Below, one piece after another: positions 39,710 through 52,822 of a DNA stretch of 64,000 nucleotides. The notes under the pieces were generated by a model, which saw only the letters and a program-made list of their open reading frames with translations, was not told the origin of the DNA and made no database searches. The position numbers and the translations under genes were made by a program. The stretch covers positions 50,096,001 through 50,160,000 of the forward strand of contig NC_043014.1 of NCBI RefSeq assembly GCF_006345805.1, given 5' to 3'. Each line of letters starts with the position of its first letter. Positions within the stretch are counted from its first letter, which is position 1. Source of the DNA: Octopus sinensis. Lineage: Eukaryota.

Positions 39710-40099
39710 TTAATATTGGGGCTAGATCCCAAACCTGGATTTTTTTCTTTTTTAAGGGGCTGCAGCAAAAAAAAAAAAAAAAGTCAATTAGAGAAAGATT
39801 TATATTTATAGAGGGAATGCTGTTGAGGACTGCTAGAAGGATGCACGAGGGCCTTGTGCAGTAGCCTTGAGATCCACAGTTGGGAATCACTGGTACAGAG
39901 TCTTGTAGACATGTGTGTATTGGATTGCTTATTTAATAACCCTTTCAAGTATGTTTTCCAAGTCGGTTCATATTCAGATTTCAAACACTTGTCAGTAGCT
40001 ATAAAGGTCAATCCAACTGTGTGATACTTTTACAAGTTTGTTATCAAAATAATAAATTCCATCTCCTATGATTCTAGACTAATTCAGAGTGAGAATCTC

Positions 40100-40492
40100 T
40101 CTTTTACTCTTTTACTTGTTTCAGTCAGTTGACTGCGGCCATGCTGGAGCACCGCCTTTAGTCGAGCAAATCGACCCCGGGACTTATTCTTTGTAAGCCC
40201 AGTACTTATTCTATCGGTCTCTTTTGCCGAACCGCTAAGTGATGGGGACATAAACGCACCAGCATCGGTTGTCAAGCAATGCTAGGGGGACAAACACAGA
40301 CACACATACACATATATATATACATACATATATACGACGGGCTTCTTTCAGTTTCCGTCTACCAAATCCACTCACAAGGCTTTGGTCGGCCCGAGGCTAT
40401 AGTAGAAGACACTTGCCCAAGGTGCCACGCAGTGGGACTGAACCCGGAACCATATGGTTGGTAAGCAAGCTACTTACCACACAGCCACTCCT
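40100..40492 (-). mobile_element. SINE A
   Basis: Near-consensus copy. Confidence 0.9.
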
Positions 40493-40817
40493 CATTATCA
40501 CATGCAATTTGGTCATTCTTCTCCAGTCAAGAAAACAAACACGATTTAGAAATCATGAAAATTTACCAACAAATCAAATTCCTGCTTAACCCGAACATAT
40601 TTTTGTATGAAACCAAATCAGAATAGTTAACACCTCTCACATGCAATATTTTCTTCACATTCTCCCTTTAAGTAAAAGAAAAAAAATTTAATTACCTTTT
40701 TATGTTATCATACCTTAACTGCAACTGAAGGAGAATTGAGGCCGCCCAAAGGAGGGACCAATTTGGCATTAATTACCACAAACCTAACACAAACCAATCC
40801 AAACACTAAGCCAGGCT

Positions 40818-40896
<79 letters not shown>

Positions 40897-41046
40897 CTAA
40901 TAATCACAAATCCAGGCTTAATACTAAGCTGAAGCAAAGGAGTTTCTACTTTGTAGGAAGAACAGCTAAATTTTCATCCAACCACACACCCTACTATTTA
41001 CATTATTTACAATTGATGGATATTTGACCTAATCTTGTTTGTTGTT

Positions 41047-41092
41047 AACACCACATTTCGGCTGATGTACCCTCCAGCCTTCATCAGGTGTC
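41047..41092 (-). ncRNA. Degenerate minimal hammerhead ribozyme on the host pre-mRNA strand
   Basis: Reverse complement: GACAC-CTGATGA-A-GGCTG..CAGCC-GAAA-TGT-G-GTGTT. The core is present, but the cleavage triplet is GUG, which is probably inactive. Confidence 0.6.
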
Positions 41093-41445
41093 TTGCGGAA
41101 ATTTCGAACCAGGGTTCTCATTCCTAAGATATTTTCCAATGTTTGCTGGTGGCACGTTAAAAGCACCAACCGATCGTGGCCGATGCCAGACTCCCCTGGC
41201 ACGTAAAAAGCACCCACTACACTCACAGAATGGTTGGCGTTAGGAAGGGCATCCAGCTGTAGAAACACTGCCAGATCAGACTGGAGCCTGGTGCAGTCCC
41301 TGGCTTCCCAGACCCTGGTCGAACCGTCCAACCCGTGCTAGCGCGGAAAACGGACATTAAACAATGATGATGATTCAGTGACCTAAATAATAACATCATC
41401 GAAAAATACCTTAGGAATGAGAACCCAAGTTCAAAATTTCCCCAA

Positions 41446-41490
41446 GACACCCGATGAAGGCTGGAGAGTATATCAGCCGAAACGTTGTTA
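41446..41490 (+). ncRNA. Degenerate minimal hammerhead ribozyme (inverted partner copy)
   Basis: GACAC-CCGATGA-A-GGCTG..CAGCC-GAAAC-GTT. The core has CUGA changed to CCGA and the stem I 3' arm is shortened. Confidence 0.55.
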
Positions 41491-41891
41491 ACAACAAACA
41501 AGATGAGGACAAATATCCGTCGAATGTAAATCATGTAAATAATGTACATAATTCCTCATCTCTTAAATATAGAACTCCACACACCCTACTGGGTTAAAGT
41601 CAGGGATAATCATGAATGGAAAACCTTTGACCTGCTCAATCAGGACCTACCTGAGGCTGAATTACATATTAAAAGGTAGTTGTGAATAGAAGACAAAAAA
41701 GAGAGAATAGTATTGTTTTATAGAGGGTACATCCCCACAAAGAATGATCAGTTAAATTAGAGGGAGACAATAAAAACAGGGCTGTTATGTTTGAGATAAT
41801 AGGACAAGGAATTTACTTTTTGAAGTATTTATAGATATCAGTCACTTAATTGCACAGGGCCAAGGAGCACTGCATTTTAAAGTGTTTATGG

Positions 41892-42069
41892 CAGTGGTTT
41901 TCAACCGGAGTAACCAAGAAGTTACAAAATTGCTAAAATCGGCAGTAATTTTTAATTCTCCTGTGCAGATATGTGTGCATAAAACTATTAAATTATTGCA
42001 CAGGGGTTCCTTGAGCCAGTTGAATGTATCCTTGGGGTTCCGCTCCAGCAAAAGGTTTGAAAAGCACTG
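41892..42069 (+). mobile_element. hAT-type MITE
   Basis: TIR CAGTGGTTTTCAAC / TTTGAAAAGCACTG, perfect 8-bp TSD GTTTATGG. Confidence 0.85.
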
Positions 42070-42864
42070 GTTTATGGCATCAAGAACATAGATATCAGTC
42101 ACTTGATTGCACAGGGCCAAGCTGGAGCACTGCACTGAATGGATTTTAGTTAATTATTTATACTAATCACAGTAGTTGACCGCATTGCACCAACAAAAGG
42201 AGTAGCAAGGTTAAGAATTGTTTTGTAGCCGTAAGTTTTGCCTCACAGAATATTGTTAACTTGCACAGAGCTATTTGCCAAAGCCTCTGGTTGACCAATG
42301 CTATGCAAACTGTGCAGAACGCTGATGCGCAGATGCAGTTGTGTGTGCACATGCGCATCTTCAGTGTGTAATAAGAAAATATGTAAACATCAAAAACAAA
42401 AAAATTATACTTTCAAAGTAAAACTGACATTTGTAAGTATGCATGTGTGTTTGTTTTTGCTTTTTTTTTTACACTGAAGAACCATGTAAAATTTGTTTTG
42501 CACCAAGGTACAAACACTCCCGTGTTGCCGTTATTGTGAGAAAGACAGTTCATCACTGATTCTCTCATCTCACCTGCCACCACCTAACACTAATGATACT
42601 GCCCAATGATTTTGACGACGTAAATTTTCTTTTTTAAATCCCCTTTATTGAGCTCTAATTATCAAATGGCTGAGTTCACCTCTTGTTAAGCTACCTCTCT
42701 TGGCTATTTACACAAACATTCCACCAATCAAATTTCACTAGCAGAGCATTAATCAACCTGGAGCTCTTAAAGACAAACACCATCCCATGGTGCTGTGTGG
42801 TAGGATTCAACCAGGAAACATAGCCATGGAGCAAACGTCTATGCAGTGCAGGATACAACTAACT

Positions 42865-43086
42865 ATTTCTTTACTACCCACAAGGGGCTAAACACAGAGG
42901 GGACAAACAAGGACAGACAAACGGATTAAGTCGATTACATCGACCCCAGTGCATAACTGGTACTTTATCAACCCCGAAAGGATGACAGGCAAAGTCGACC
43001 TTGGCGGAATTTGAACTCAGAACGTAGCGGCAGACGAAATACCACTAGGCGTTTCGCCTGGCGTGCTAACGTTTCTGCCAGCTCAC
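42865..43086 (-). mobile_element. tRNA-derived SINE family B (central domain resembles Deu/Nin) with a 16-bp TSD
   Basis: TSD CAGGATACAACTAACT at 42849-64 and 43087-102. Central GCCTTTCATCCTTTCGGGGT..ATAAA..AGTACCAG. Confidence 0.85.
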
Positions 43087-43486
43087 CAGGATACAACTAA
43101 CTGTCATCTCCATTATTAATATTCATACTTTGAATCATAGATTGCAAAGAGTTTAAGCTTCTGATAAAATGCCTTGCAATATTTGATTCAAGAAAGGCAG
43201 TGAGCTGGCAAAATGCTTTGTGGTATTTTGTCAGTCTTTACGTTCAGAGTTCAAATTCTGCCGAGGTCAGCTTTGCCTTTCACCATTTGGGGGTGTCACT
43301 GTAATTGACTTACCCCTTCTTTTGAAATCACTGACCTTCTGCCAAAATTTGAAACCAACATTTGGTTCAACTCTTTATAGTCCGAGTTCAAATCCTACCC
43401 AAGTCATCTCACCTTTCATCCCTTCTGGGTCAATAAGTACCTGTAAAGAATTGGTTGTCAACTACACCCTCCCCCAGAAATCATGA

Positions 43487-43862
43487 ACTTACTCTTTTAC
43501 TTGTTTCAGTCATTTGACTGCAACCATGCTGGAGCACCGACTTAAGTCGAGCAAATCGACCCCGGGACTTATTCTTTGTAAGCCCAGTACTTATTCTATC
43601 GGTCTCTTTTGCCGAACCGCTAAGTGACGGGGACATAAACACACCAGCATCGGTTGTCAAGCAATGCTAGGGGGACAAACACACACACACATATATATAC
43701 GACGGGCTTCTTTTCAGTTTCCGTCTACCAAATCCACTCACAAGGCATTGGTCGGCCTGGGGCTATAGCAGAAGACACTTGCCCAAGATGCCACGCAGTG
43801 GGACTGAACCCGGAACCATGTGGTTGGTTAGCAAGCTACTTACCACACAGCCACTCCTGCGC
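43487..43862 (-). mobile_element. SINE A
   Basis: Near-consensus copy. Confidence 0.9.
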
Positions 43863-44261
43863 CTTGTGCGTATGTTAAAAGCAATTATATCTTCTGTCTT
43901 GCTTCAGTCACTGGGCTACGGCCATGCTGGAGTACCACCTTTAAAAGGCTAAGTCCAGTGGTTCTCAACCATTCTTTCTACTTACAGACCCTTTTGATTA
44001 CTATCTAATTCTTGCAGACCCTCATAGACCAATGGTTCTCAACCAGGGTCCATATAAGATTTTGTGGGGTCCATGGAAGAAAATAGTACACTGTGAATCC
44101 ATAATAATATTTCAAGGGTCCCTGAAAAAATTTCAATTTAAATATATGAATTGGAATGTATTGCAAGAAACAGCTAGGTTTCTTTCATTCTACATAGTCC
44201 AAACTACACAAGGGAATATGTGAAAAAACAAAATAGGAAGTCTGAAAGAAGGTTTTATTAA

Positions 44262-44483
44262 CCCTTTAGCATTTAAACCGGCCATATCTGGCCAAAAGTA
44301 TTTCGCCTGTTTTATGTTCAAACTGGCCAGATCTGGTCTTTCACACCAACCCTACAATATCATTCTAAAAATTAACAGCTACCTCATCAGAATCTCATAG
44401 CTACAAGATTAATGCCTGATTAGTTCAAGGAAATGTGGATAAAAAAGGATTAATTTTGGCAGAATAATGCGAACACTAAAGGG
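44262..44483 (+). mobile_element. piggyBac-type MITE
   Basis: TTAA|CCCTTTAG...CTAAAGGG|TTAA, same family. Confidence 0.75.
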
Positions 44484-45756
44484 TTAAACTAGTTTTTAAA
44501 CATCAAAAGGCTAGGGGGGGAGGGGCCCACCAGAATAAAATAGTAATCAAAGGGGTCCATAGATTAAAAATGGTTGAGTACCCCTGCTCACTGACATTCA
44601 ATGTTTAAAAGCTAGTTTCACAATTATTCATTTAAAAATTCTCATTTTGCTTTTTCACACGTTTTCTCGGGGAGGACATATTTCAGGGACTGGAAACCTG
44701 TTGAAGAAAGAAACCTAGCCGTTTCTTCCTGTAGATATGTCTAAAGCAATTTATACCATGGAACCCCAATCTATTATTTTTGCTTTTGTGATCTTGAAAA
44801 GAATCTTATATGGACATCCCAGGGTCATATGGACCTCGGCTGAGAACCAATGGTTTAGTCAAACAAATCGACCTCAGTCACTAATGATACTGCCCAATGA
44901 TTTTGACGACATTAATTTTTTTTTTTAAATCCCCTTTATTAAGCTCTAATTATCAAATGGCTGAGTTCACCTCTTGTTAAGCTACCTCTCTTGGCTATTT
45001 ACACAAACATTCCACCAATCAAATTTCACTAGCAAAGCATTAATCAACCTGGAGCTCTTAAAGACAAACACTATCCCATGGTGCTGTGTGGTAGGATTCA
45101 ACCAGGAAACATAGTCATGGAGCAAACGCCTATGCAGTGCAGGATAAAACTAACTATTTCTTTACTACCCACAAGGGGCTAAACACAGAGAGGACAAACA
45201 AGGACAGACAAACGGATTAAGTCGATTACATCGACCCCAGTGCATAACTGGTACTTTATTGACCCTGAAAGGTGGTCGGAGACAAACAATGACACACACG
45301 ACAGGCTTCTGCATAGTTTCCGTCTAACCAATTCACTCACAAGGCATTGGTCACCCCAGGGATATAGAAGATGCCCCAAGGTGCTGCACAGTAGAACTGA
45401 AACCAAAACTGTGTGGTTGCAAAGCTAGAGCTTCTAAACCACACAGCCATGCCTGAAACTGTGTACTTCATCATTTATGCTACCTGTATTATTGACAGAT
45501 AACTTATCTGTTACTATGGAGATTCCCCCCCAAATGCTGAATTTGGAGGAGGGAGAGGCATTAATGCTGCTTTTGATAAGTTATCAAATGAAACAACAGG
45601 TAATTAAATTCTACAAATTAAATAATTGGCTGCAATAAAAGTGTTAATATCATTCATTTACCTCACCGAAGATAAGATAAGCGGGCAATCTTCACATGAC
45701 TGCTCAGCCTGCTTAGAAACAGCAGCTAAAACTCCCTCAAATGACACAGTGTTTAA

Positions 45757-45974
45757 CCCTTTAGGATTTAAAGCAGCAGGATTTAGGATCAAACCCAAAT
45801 ATTCTGCTTTATGTTCAAACTAGCCAGAGCCAGCCTCTTTTCACACCTCCCCTACAGAATAATTCTAAAAATAAACTATCACATTCTCAAAGCTATGAGA
45901 TAATGCAGGATTAATTCAAAACAATGTGAATAAATAAGCAATACATTTGACAGAATAACCTGAATGCTAAAAGG
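45757..45974 (+). mobile_element. piggyBac-type MITE
   Basis: TTAA-flanked, same internal sequence. Confidence 0.7.
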
Positions 45975-46480
45975 TTAAAGGTTATTATTAATTTTTGGAT
46001 TGAAAAGAAGGCAGTGGTGGTGATGGTGGTAGGGGGGTTCAGAGGCCTATATAAATGGAAGAAAATATCTTAGAACTCCTGGCACCAGACTTTCACCTAA
46101 ATTGTAAAGTCAAGAATGCAGTCTATTTAAGCTTGTGTTCTTTTGCTGAGGAAACAGAAATACCCAACACTAGAAAAAAGACCCTTCGGAGAGAGGGGGG
46201 GGAGAGAGGAGTGTTACATTTTGATATTTATAGACACAGATCTTGTTACTTCCCTCTTGAGCCATGCCAGGCTCATCATAAGGGCCTGGTTTCCCAGTTT
46301 CAGTGGCGTAGCAATTCTCCACGTGGACGGGATGTCGGTCTGTCGCAGGATTACTCATTTTGGCCAGCTGAGTGGACTGGAGCAACGTGAAATGAAGTGT
46401 TTTTGCTCAAGAACGCACTGCATCGCCCGGTCCAGGAATCAAAACCACAACCTTACGATCAAGAGTTGAACACCCTAACC

Positions 46481-46657
46481 CAGTGGTTTTCAACCAGGGT
46501 TCCGCAAGAAGTTACAAAACTGCTAAAATCGGCTGTAATTTTTAATTCTCCTCTGCAGATATGTGCTCATAAGACTTAAATTATTGCACAGGGGTTCCTC
46601 GAGCCAGTGGAATGTTTCCTTGGGGTTCCACTCCAGCAAAAAGTTTGAAAAGCACTG
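46481..46657 (+). mobile_element. hAT-type MITE nested in a SINE
   Basis: Same family, perfect 8-bp TSD CCCTAACC. Confidence 0.85.
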
Positions 46658-47553
46658 CCCTAACCACTAAGCCACGCGCCTCCACTAGACACAGATCTGG
46701 TTGTGTGGTTAAGAGCTTTTCTTCATAACCATGTGGCCTAGAGTTTGTCCCCCAGTGTATGACACTAGAGGCAATGCCTAGTTCTACTACAACCTGGGAC
46801 AGACCAATGTTGAACAAGTGGAACTGGTAAGCAGAAAGCGAAAGAAGCCAGTTGCTTTGTGTGTGTGTCTTCCCTTTGTGTTATTGTTTGTATTGCATAA
46901 AAACAAGGTCACTGTCCGTACGAATGGATGGCATCCTTGTTCACAATCTGCTGGGAAACCATGCCCAGCCATTATTGAACTGATAATTGTTCAAAAGATT
47001 GGTGGTGGCAGTGGTGATGAAGAATATTACCTTACTTGGAAACAGGTGAGGATTGGCAGCAGGAAGGTAGAAATTCTGCCTCCGTAAGTTTTGCTGACTG
47101 ATGCCGGCAGAGAAAAGCGGCCCTTAAAAATGATGATGATGATGAGGAGGAGGAGGATTTGAAGTTATAATTGAACTTAAAATGCGCATGCGCATGTTAA
47201 AACCAAATAAATGACTGAGTCGCCAATGGTGAGTGGAAAAGCTCAACCTGCAAGAAACAACAGCCTAATCACAGGCACCAGGATGGGAAGGACGGACACA
47301 GATGAATCTCGTGTTTTGATGGTGAGGATTAAATTGTTCAATAAATGAATGAGTAAATGGCAGAGTATTCCACAGACATGTAGCCATAACACAATTTTCA
47401 GACAAAATCGGTACGATGGAGTATGACAAAGTCACAGCTTTGGCTCAATGAATACATCCTGTCCAATAAGCTAAGTTTCGAAAAATCCAGTTTCACCCAC
47501 GAAGTATATGTTGTCCCCTTATTTTTCTATAATCCTTAGCAGATTATAGAAAA

Positions 47554-47927
47554 CTAGCACTATGACCCGGCGTTGCCGGATCATAGTGCTAGTGCATGCA
47601 TATACAGCTGCGTGCATGTGCACATACATGTGAGTACTGTCCAAATCTCCGGCCAATCACATACAGGTAGCTGGCATTCCAATTGGCGTATCAAGTTTCG
47701 GGCATTTTGATTGTGTTTTGGATAAAAAAAAATTCACAAAAAAGTCACTTCTATTGATTTTTTAATGGCTTTGCGGGGTGACTGGGGAAATGCAAAGATG
47801 TGCACGACAACCCTTGGACGGTTTTGAATGACCATAGAAAGTGCGAGCCCACTAACTGAAAAATTGTGGATTTGTATAAAGAACACACGCACACAGACAT
47901 TTTGTCGTTTATATATATATATAGAGA
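47554..47927 (-). mobile_element. Non-autonomous Helitron (374 bp) with an extended terminal hairpin
   Basis: A|TCTCTATATATA...CTAG|T. Shares ACTAGCA..CCCGGCGTTGC with the 30453 element. Hairpin at 47553-47593. Confidence 0.7.
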
Positions 47928-48032
47928 TGACATTCTCTGAAGTTGACATGCAGTGAGGTTGAACCAGAGACTATGTGGTTATGAAGCAAACTTCTTTAAC
48001 ATTTGGTGGCTTACATACTATTACAACCGTAA

Positions 48033-48252
48033 CCCTTTACTATTCAAACTAGCCATATCCAGCCAAAATATTCCACCTGTTTTATGTTCAAACCAGACAG
48101 ATCCACCTCCTCACACCTACCCTACAATGTCGTTCTAAAAATAAACATACACTCCATCAAAATCTCAAAGCTATGAAACAGTGCGTGATTGATTCAAAGT
48201 AACGAGAATAATTAAGCATCACATTTGACAGAGTAATCTGAATCCTAAAGAG
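48033..48252 (+). mobile_element. Decayed piggyBac-type MITE
   Basis: Homologous internal sequence, mutated termini. Confidence 0.6.
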
Positions 48253-48512
48253 TCAAGATGAAAAATAAGGAGAGGAGGGGATACATTAGGGAGTGTAGCT
48301 GGGGGAAACAAAGTAAAAAAAAAAATATTCCAAACCAAATACCAGTACACACAGACAGGTCAGTACATCATCATCCTCATCATCAATGTTCGTTGCCCAT
48401 GCTGGCATGTGTTGGACAGTTTGACAGGAGTGGGCAAGCTGGGAATGCTGCACCAAGCTCCAATTGTCCATCTCGGCATGGCTTCTATGGCTGTATGCCC
48501 TTCCTAATACCT

Positions 48513-48740
48513 ATTTCTTTATTACCCACAAGGGGCTAAACATAGAGGGGACAAACAAGGACAGACATAGGTATTAAGTTGATTACATCGACTCCAGTGC
48601 GTAACTGGTACTTAATTTATCGACCCCGAAGGGATGAAAGGCAAAGTTGACCTCAGCGGAATTTGAACTCACAACATAACGACAGACTAAATACCGCTAA
48701 GCATTTTGCCTGGCACGCTAACGATTCTGCCAGCTCGCCG
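48513..48740 (-). mobile_element. SINE B nested in a family E SINE
   Basis: Family homology, flanked by a repeated cttcctaatacc. Confidence 0.8.
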
Positions 48741-49052
48741 TCTTCCTAATACCAACTACTTTACAGAGTGTACTGGGTGCATTTTACGTTGCGCCAGCTG
48801 GGTCTGAGCAGGCTTAGAAGAACGTGTGGTGGTGGTGGTGGCAGGGGGAGAGGAAAAAGCTAAACAACAAATGAATAAAAAGACGTTTAGGAATTAACTA
48901 CAGAAATTCGCAGAAAAAAATTAAAAATTAAAAATAAAAACCAAAAATGAATCTGTAAACTGAAAATTTTATTTTTTTAATTTATTTATTCTTTCCAAAG
49001 TCTTTGACAATGTTTAGATTTTACCATGACATTAATTAACTTTGCTGCGTAA

Positions 49053-49084
<32 letters not shown>

Positions 49085-49329
49085 CATCCGTGAGAGCTGA
49101 TTTAAGTAGTTGAATCCCTTTCAAATAACACTGCTCCCTAATTAACCCAGACAATAATATTAACAGTTCCTAATTTCAGGTGGGGCTTGTATTAGAAACA
49201 ATTCTTGGATTATTTGTGTAATCAGTTCTATTTTACCAAAACATGAAAACAGTCAACAGAATATTAAAGGTAAATTTCTAACAAAGATATCACAAAAGAA
49301 AAGTATTCAAAAAATAGAACTGTGTATGG

Positions 49330-49394
49330 TGTACATACATATACACATTACACACCCAATATACATGTGTGCATACATATACATACATATATAT

Positions 49395-49430
<36 letters not shown>

Positions 49431-49584
49431 ACACAAACAAACACCTATGTATATAATATATATATATGCGCACACATACAAACATATAGTTATATATGGA
49501 TATACACACATGTGTGTGAGTATATATATACATACACACACACATACAAACGTGATTGTATATGGATACACACACGTGTGTGTG

Positions 49585-49618
<34 letters not shown>

Positions 49619-50235
49619 TATATACATACACACACATGTATATATACATGGATACACAAAATATACAAATGTATACCTACGCACACATGATATACATATG
49701 TAATGTGCATGCAAATATGTATAAAGCATGTGTGTATATACCTGTTTAGTGCCTGTTACAAAATGCTGTTGCTCGTTTATTTAAACAGTGGTTCTCGGCA
49801 GACTTTTGCAATAATAAAGAAAGCAAAACACATATACGCATGTGTGCACACACAAACACACTATATATATATGACATATGATATATATATATATGATATA
49901 TATATATATATATATGATATATATATATATGATGATATATATATATGATATATATATATATGAATATATATATATATATATATGATATATATATATATAT
50001 ATATGATATATATATATATATAATGATATATATATATATATGATATATATATATATATATATGATATATATATTATATGATATATATATGATATATATAT
50101 ATATATGATATATATATATGATATATATATATGATATATATATATGATATATATATATGATATATGTATATGATATATGTATATGATATATATATATATG
50201 ATTATATATATATATGATATATATATATATATGAT

Positions 50236-50270
<35 letters not shown>

Positions 50271-50490
50271 GATATATATATATATATGATATATATATAT
50301 ATATATGATATATATATATATATATGATATATATATATATATATAATGATATATATATATATATGATATATATATATATATGATATATATATATATATGA
50401 TATATATATATATATATGATATATATATATATATATGATATATATATATATATGATATATATATATATATAATATATATATATATATATG

Positions 50491-50525
<35 letters not shown>

Positions 50526-50600
50526 ATATATATATGATATATATATGATATATATATATATATATATGATATATATATATGTATGTATATATGTATATAG
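49330..50600. repeat. Very long compound (TA)n/(ATATG)n/(CA)n microsatellite
   Basis: Visible directly. Source of the 321-aa artefactual ORF. Confidence 0.95.
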
Positions 50601-50909
50601 CGTAATGTATTTCTTGGCACCATTGGTGAATCTGACGAAATAATATAGGATGGCAGTATAGATTGGAAAGGATCAGCTACCTTCTGGGTTTCAGAATATT
50701 TAGGAACAAAATTCGAACAACAGAACATGAAAAAAAACATTAACAAGATAAAGAGAAAAACAGAAAAAAAAAAAAAAAAAAAAAAACCTCTCAGAATGTT
50801 TAAATTCCAACTAGTAAAAAAAAAAAAAATTGGTGAATCTCAAGAAGGATACCCTCAAAAGGAATGTAAGAAACACTAAATGTCTTTGAGTGTGTGTGTG
50901 TACATACAA

Positions 50910-50942
<33 letters not shown>

Positions 50943-51670
50943 ATCTTGAAAGCCAATAACTCACACACTCGCGATAGAAATGTCTTGCTATTTTATGCTT
51001 TCTAGATGCCTGAATGAACACACAAAAGCAAGATAATCAGAAGAGCAACAGTGTGAATCACATTCGCTTAAACCAAATAAACTTTTACATATATTACGTA
51101 CAGTTTTTCCATATTGCACATCCAGGCATGTACCTGAGTGGGTGTATGTATATGTATAATATATATATATATATATATATATAAACAATTAAAGGATCAC
51201 TCAATACCTTTCAGTAGAGCACAGGCTGGTTTTTACATGGAAACGGTTGACAGTTACTTCAAAGTTTTGGGTATGCAGCCTTCACCAGGTCAACCTGCAC
51301 CATGTGAAAATCATACACAAATATATATATATATATCTTTGAAGTATATACACACACCTACATACACACACCATTTAATATGCATAGGATTTAAATGCAA
51401 GCTAGAACTGGTTCCATGTCTCTGATAATACAATGGTCAGACAAACTTGTATAGCATGGCATGTATTTGCACGCAATCATTCAGACTGAAAAACAAGCTT
51501 CTTCAACCACTCAATTTTCAGCGGCATGAAACAAATAGTACCTTTCTTTTAAATCCTGACTGTATTAACTTCTCTTACTGCACATAATACTTTTTTTCTG
51601 TTGATCCCACCAATAACAGAACAGTACCCCATATTATATATATATATTTATTATGAGTGTGTGTATGTGT

Positions 51671-51708
<38 letters not shown>

Positions 51709-52073
51709 TGAGTGTGTATACGTATACATATAGTAGTATATATACACACATACACACCAATTTATAAAGATGTAGAACACTACAAAGAACTTTGTTTCAA
51801 ATAGTGTGAAATGAATGGAATGTTACTAAACTTTAAAGCTCCCATTTTTACATTATATACATTTACAATACACCATTGAAACCTTAAATACTGGCCATTT
51901 TGTGTAAGCACATTACACTGAAGACAAACACTTTTCGATTGGCAAAAAAAGGGGGGGGCCTTCATTAAGCATCCAAATCAGAGATGTGACGCAAACTCTT
52001 TAATGCGTAACAAAATAAAAAAGTTTGGAGTGGGATATTTACCTGCTAAATTAGTTGTCCTTTTTCTCACCTT

Positions 52074-52237
52074 TTATTCATAGCAAAGAATTAAAATATG
52101 AAGAGTGAACACACACATACACGCACACACTAGATAAGAGAAAACTATGGAAAGTAATAAAAACTTGAGACAAACAATAAGCAGAATCGAGAATTTCCTC
52201 ACAGCTACCAAGCTAGTAAAAGTATGACCCTTTGAAT
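52074..52237 (-). CDS. Possible second hydrophobic-tail terminal exon: (D)SKGHTFTSLVAVRKFSILLIVCLKFLLLSIVFSYLV...CYE*
   Basis: gcatttgcag|AT gives phase 1 and an open hydrophobic frame. The polypyrimidine tract is weak and the end runs through (GT)n. Confidence 0.2.
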
Positions 52238-52603
52238 CTGCAAATGCATTTTTACCAGGCTTGATTTTGGTTGATATTATATCCCTGGAAGACACAAATG
52301 GTGGTGGCCACAGAGTTTCATTCTTACAGCTGATAATGAGGTTTCTGCTAATCAGCAATTTATAAATGCAAATCTATGAAAGCACTTGCTTCTACGTCTT
52401 CTAGGTTTATGATCAAATGAAACCACACCCATTAAAATGTACTTACAAGTTCAAAAGGTTAAAGTGTCTCTTTCCTACAATTCGGAATAGATTTTGAGAA
52501 AAATTATTAAATGAATTTGATTGTAAGTTGTAAGAAAAAAACAAAAAATAAATATGAAGCACCTTCATCCACCATCCCAATTCCAGAACAAAATGGTCTA
52601 GAG

Positions 52604-52822
52604 CAGTGCTTTTCAACATTTTTCCTGGAGCGGAACCCCAAAGAAACATTCCACTGACTCGAGGAACCCCTGTGCAATAATTTAATAGTCTTATGCACAC
52701 ATATCTGCACAGGAGAATTAAAAATTACTGCCGATTTTAGCAGTTTTTTAACTTCTTGCGGAACCCCTGGACTGTACTGGCGGAACCCTAAGGTTCCGCG
52801 GAACCCTGGTTGAAAACCACTG
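52604..52822 (-). mobile_element. hAT-type MITE (longer variant)
   Basis: Same family in opposite orientation, perfect 8-bp TSD GTCTAGAG. Confidence 0.85.

Larger units (their letters stand above)
41032..41576. mobile_element. Second Penelope-like pLTR family, inverted pair of about 110 bp (41032-41143 / about 41395-41504) with a SINE in the spacer
   Basis: The arms are reverse complements and each carries a hammerhead core. Confidence 0.6.
42588..45272 (+). repeat. Direct duplication of about 390 bp (42588-42980 and 44879-45272)
   Basis: Near-identical unique sequence plus part of a SINE B. Confidence 0.9.

Noticed and set aside
49781-50746. 321-aa ORF and similar Y/I/H/T-rich ORFs (7.4, 15.1, 19.4 and 24.6 kb)
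   Set aside because: Translations of (TA)n-type microsatellites, which lack stops in some frames.
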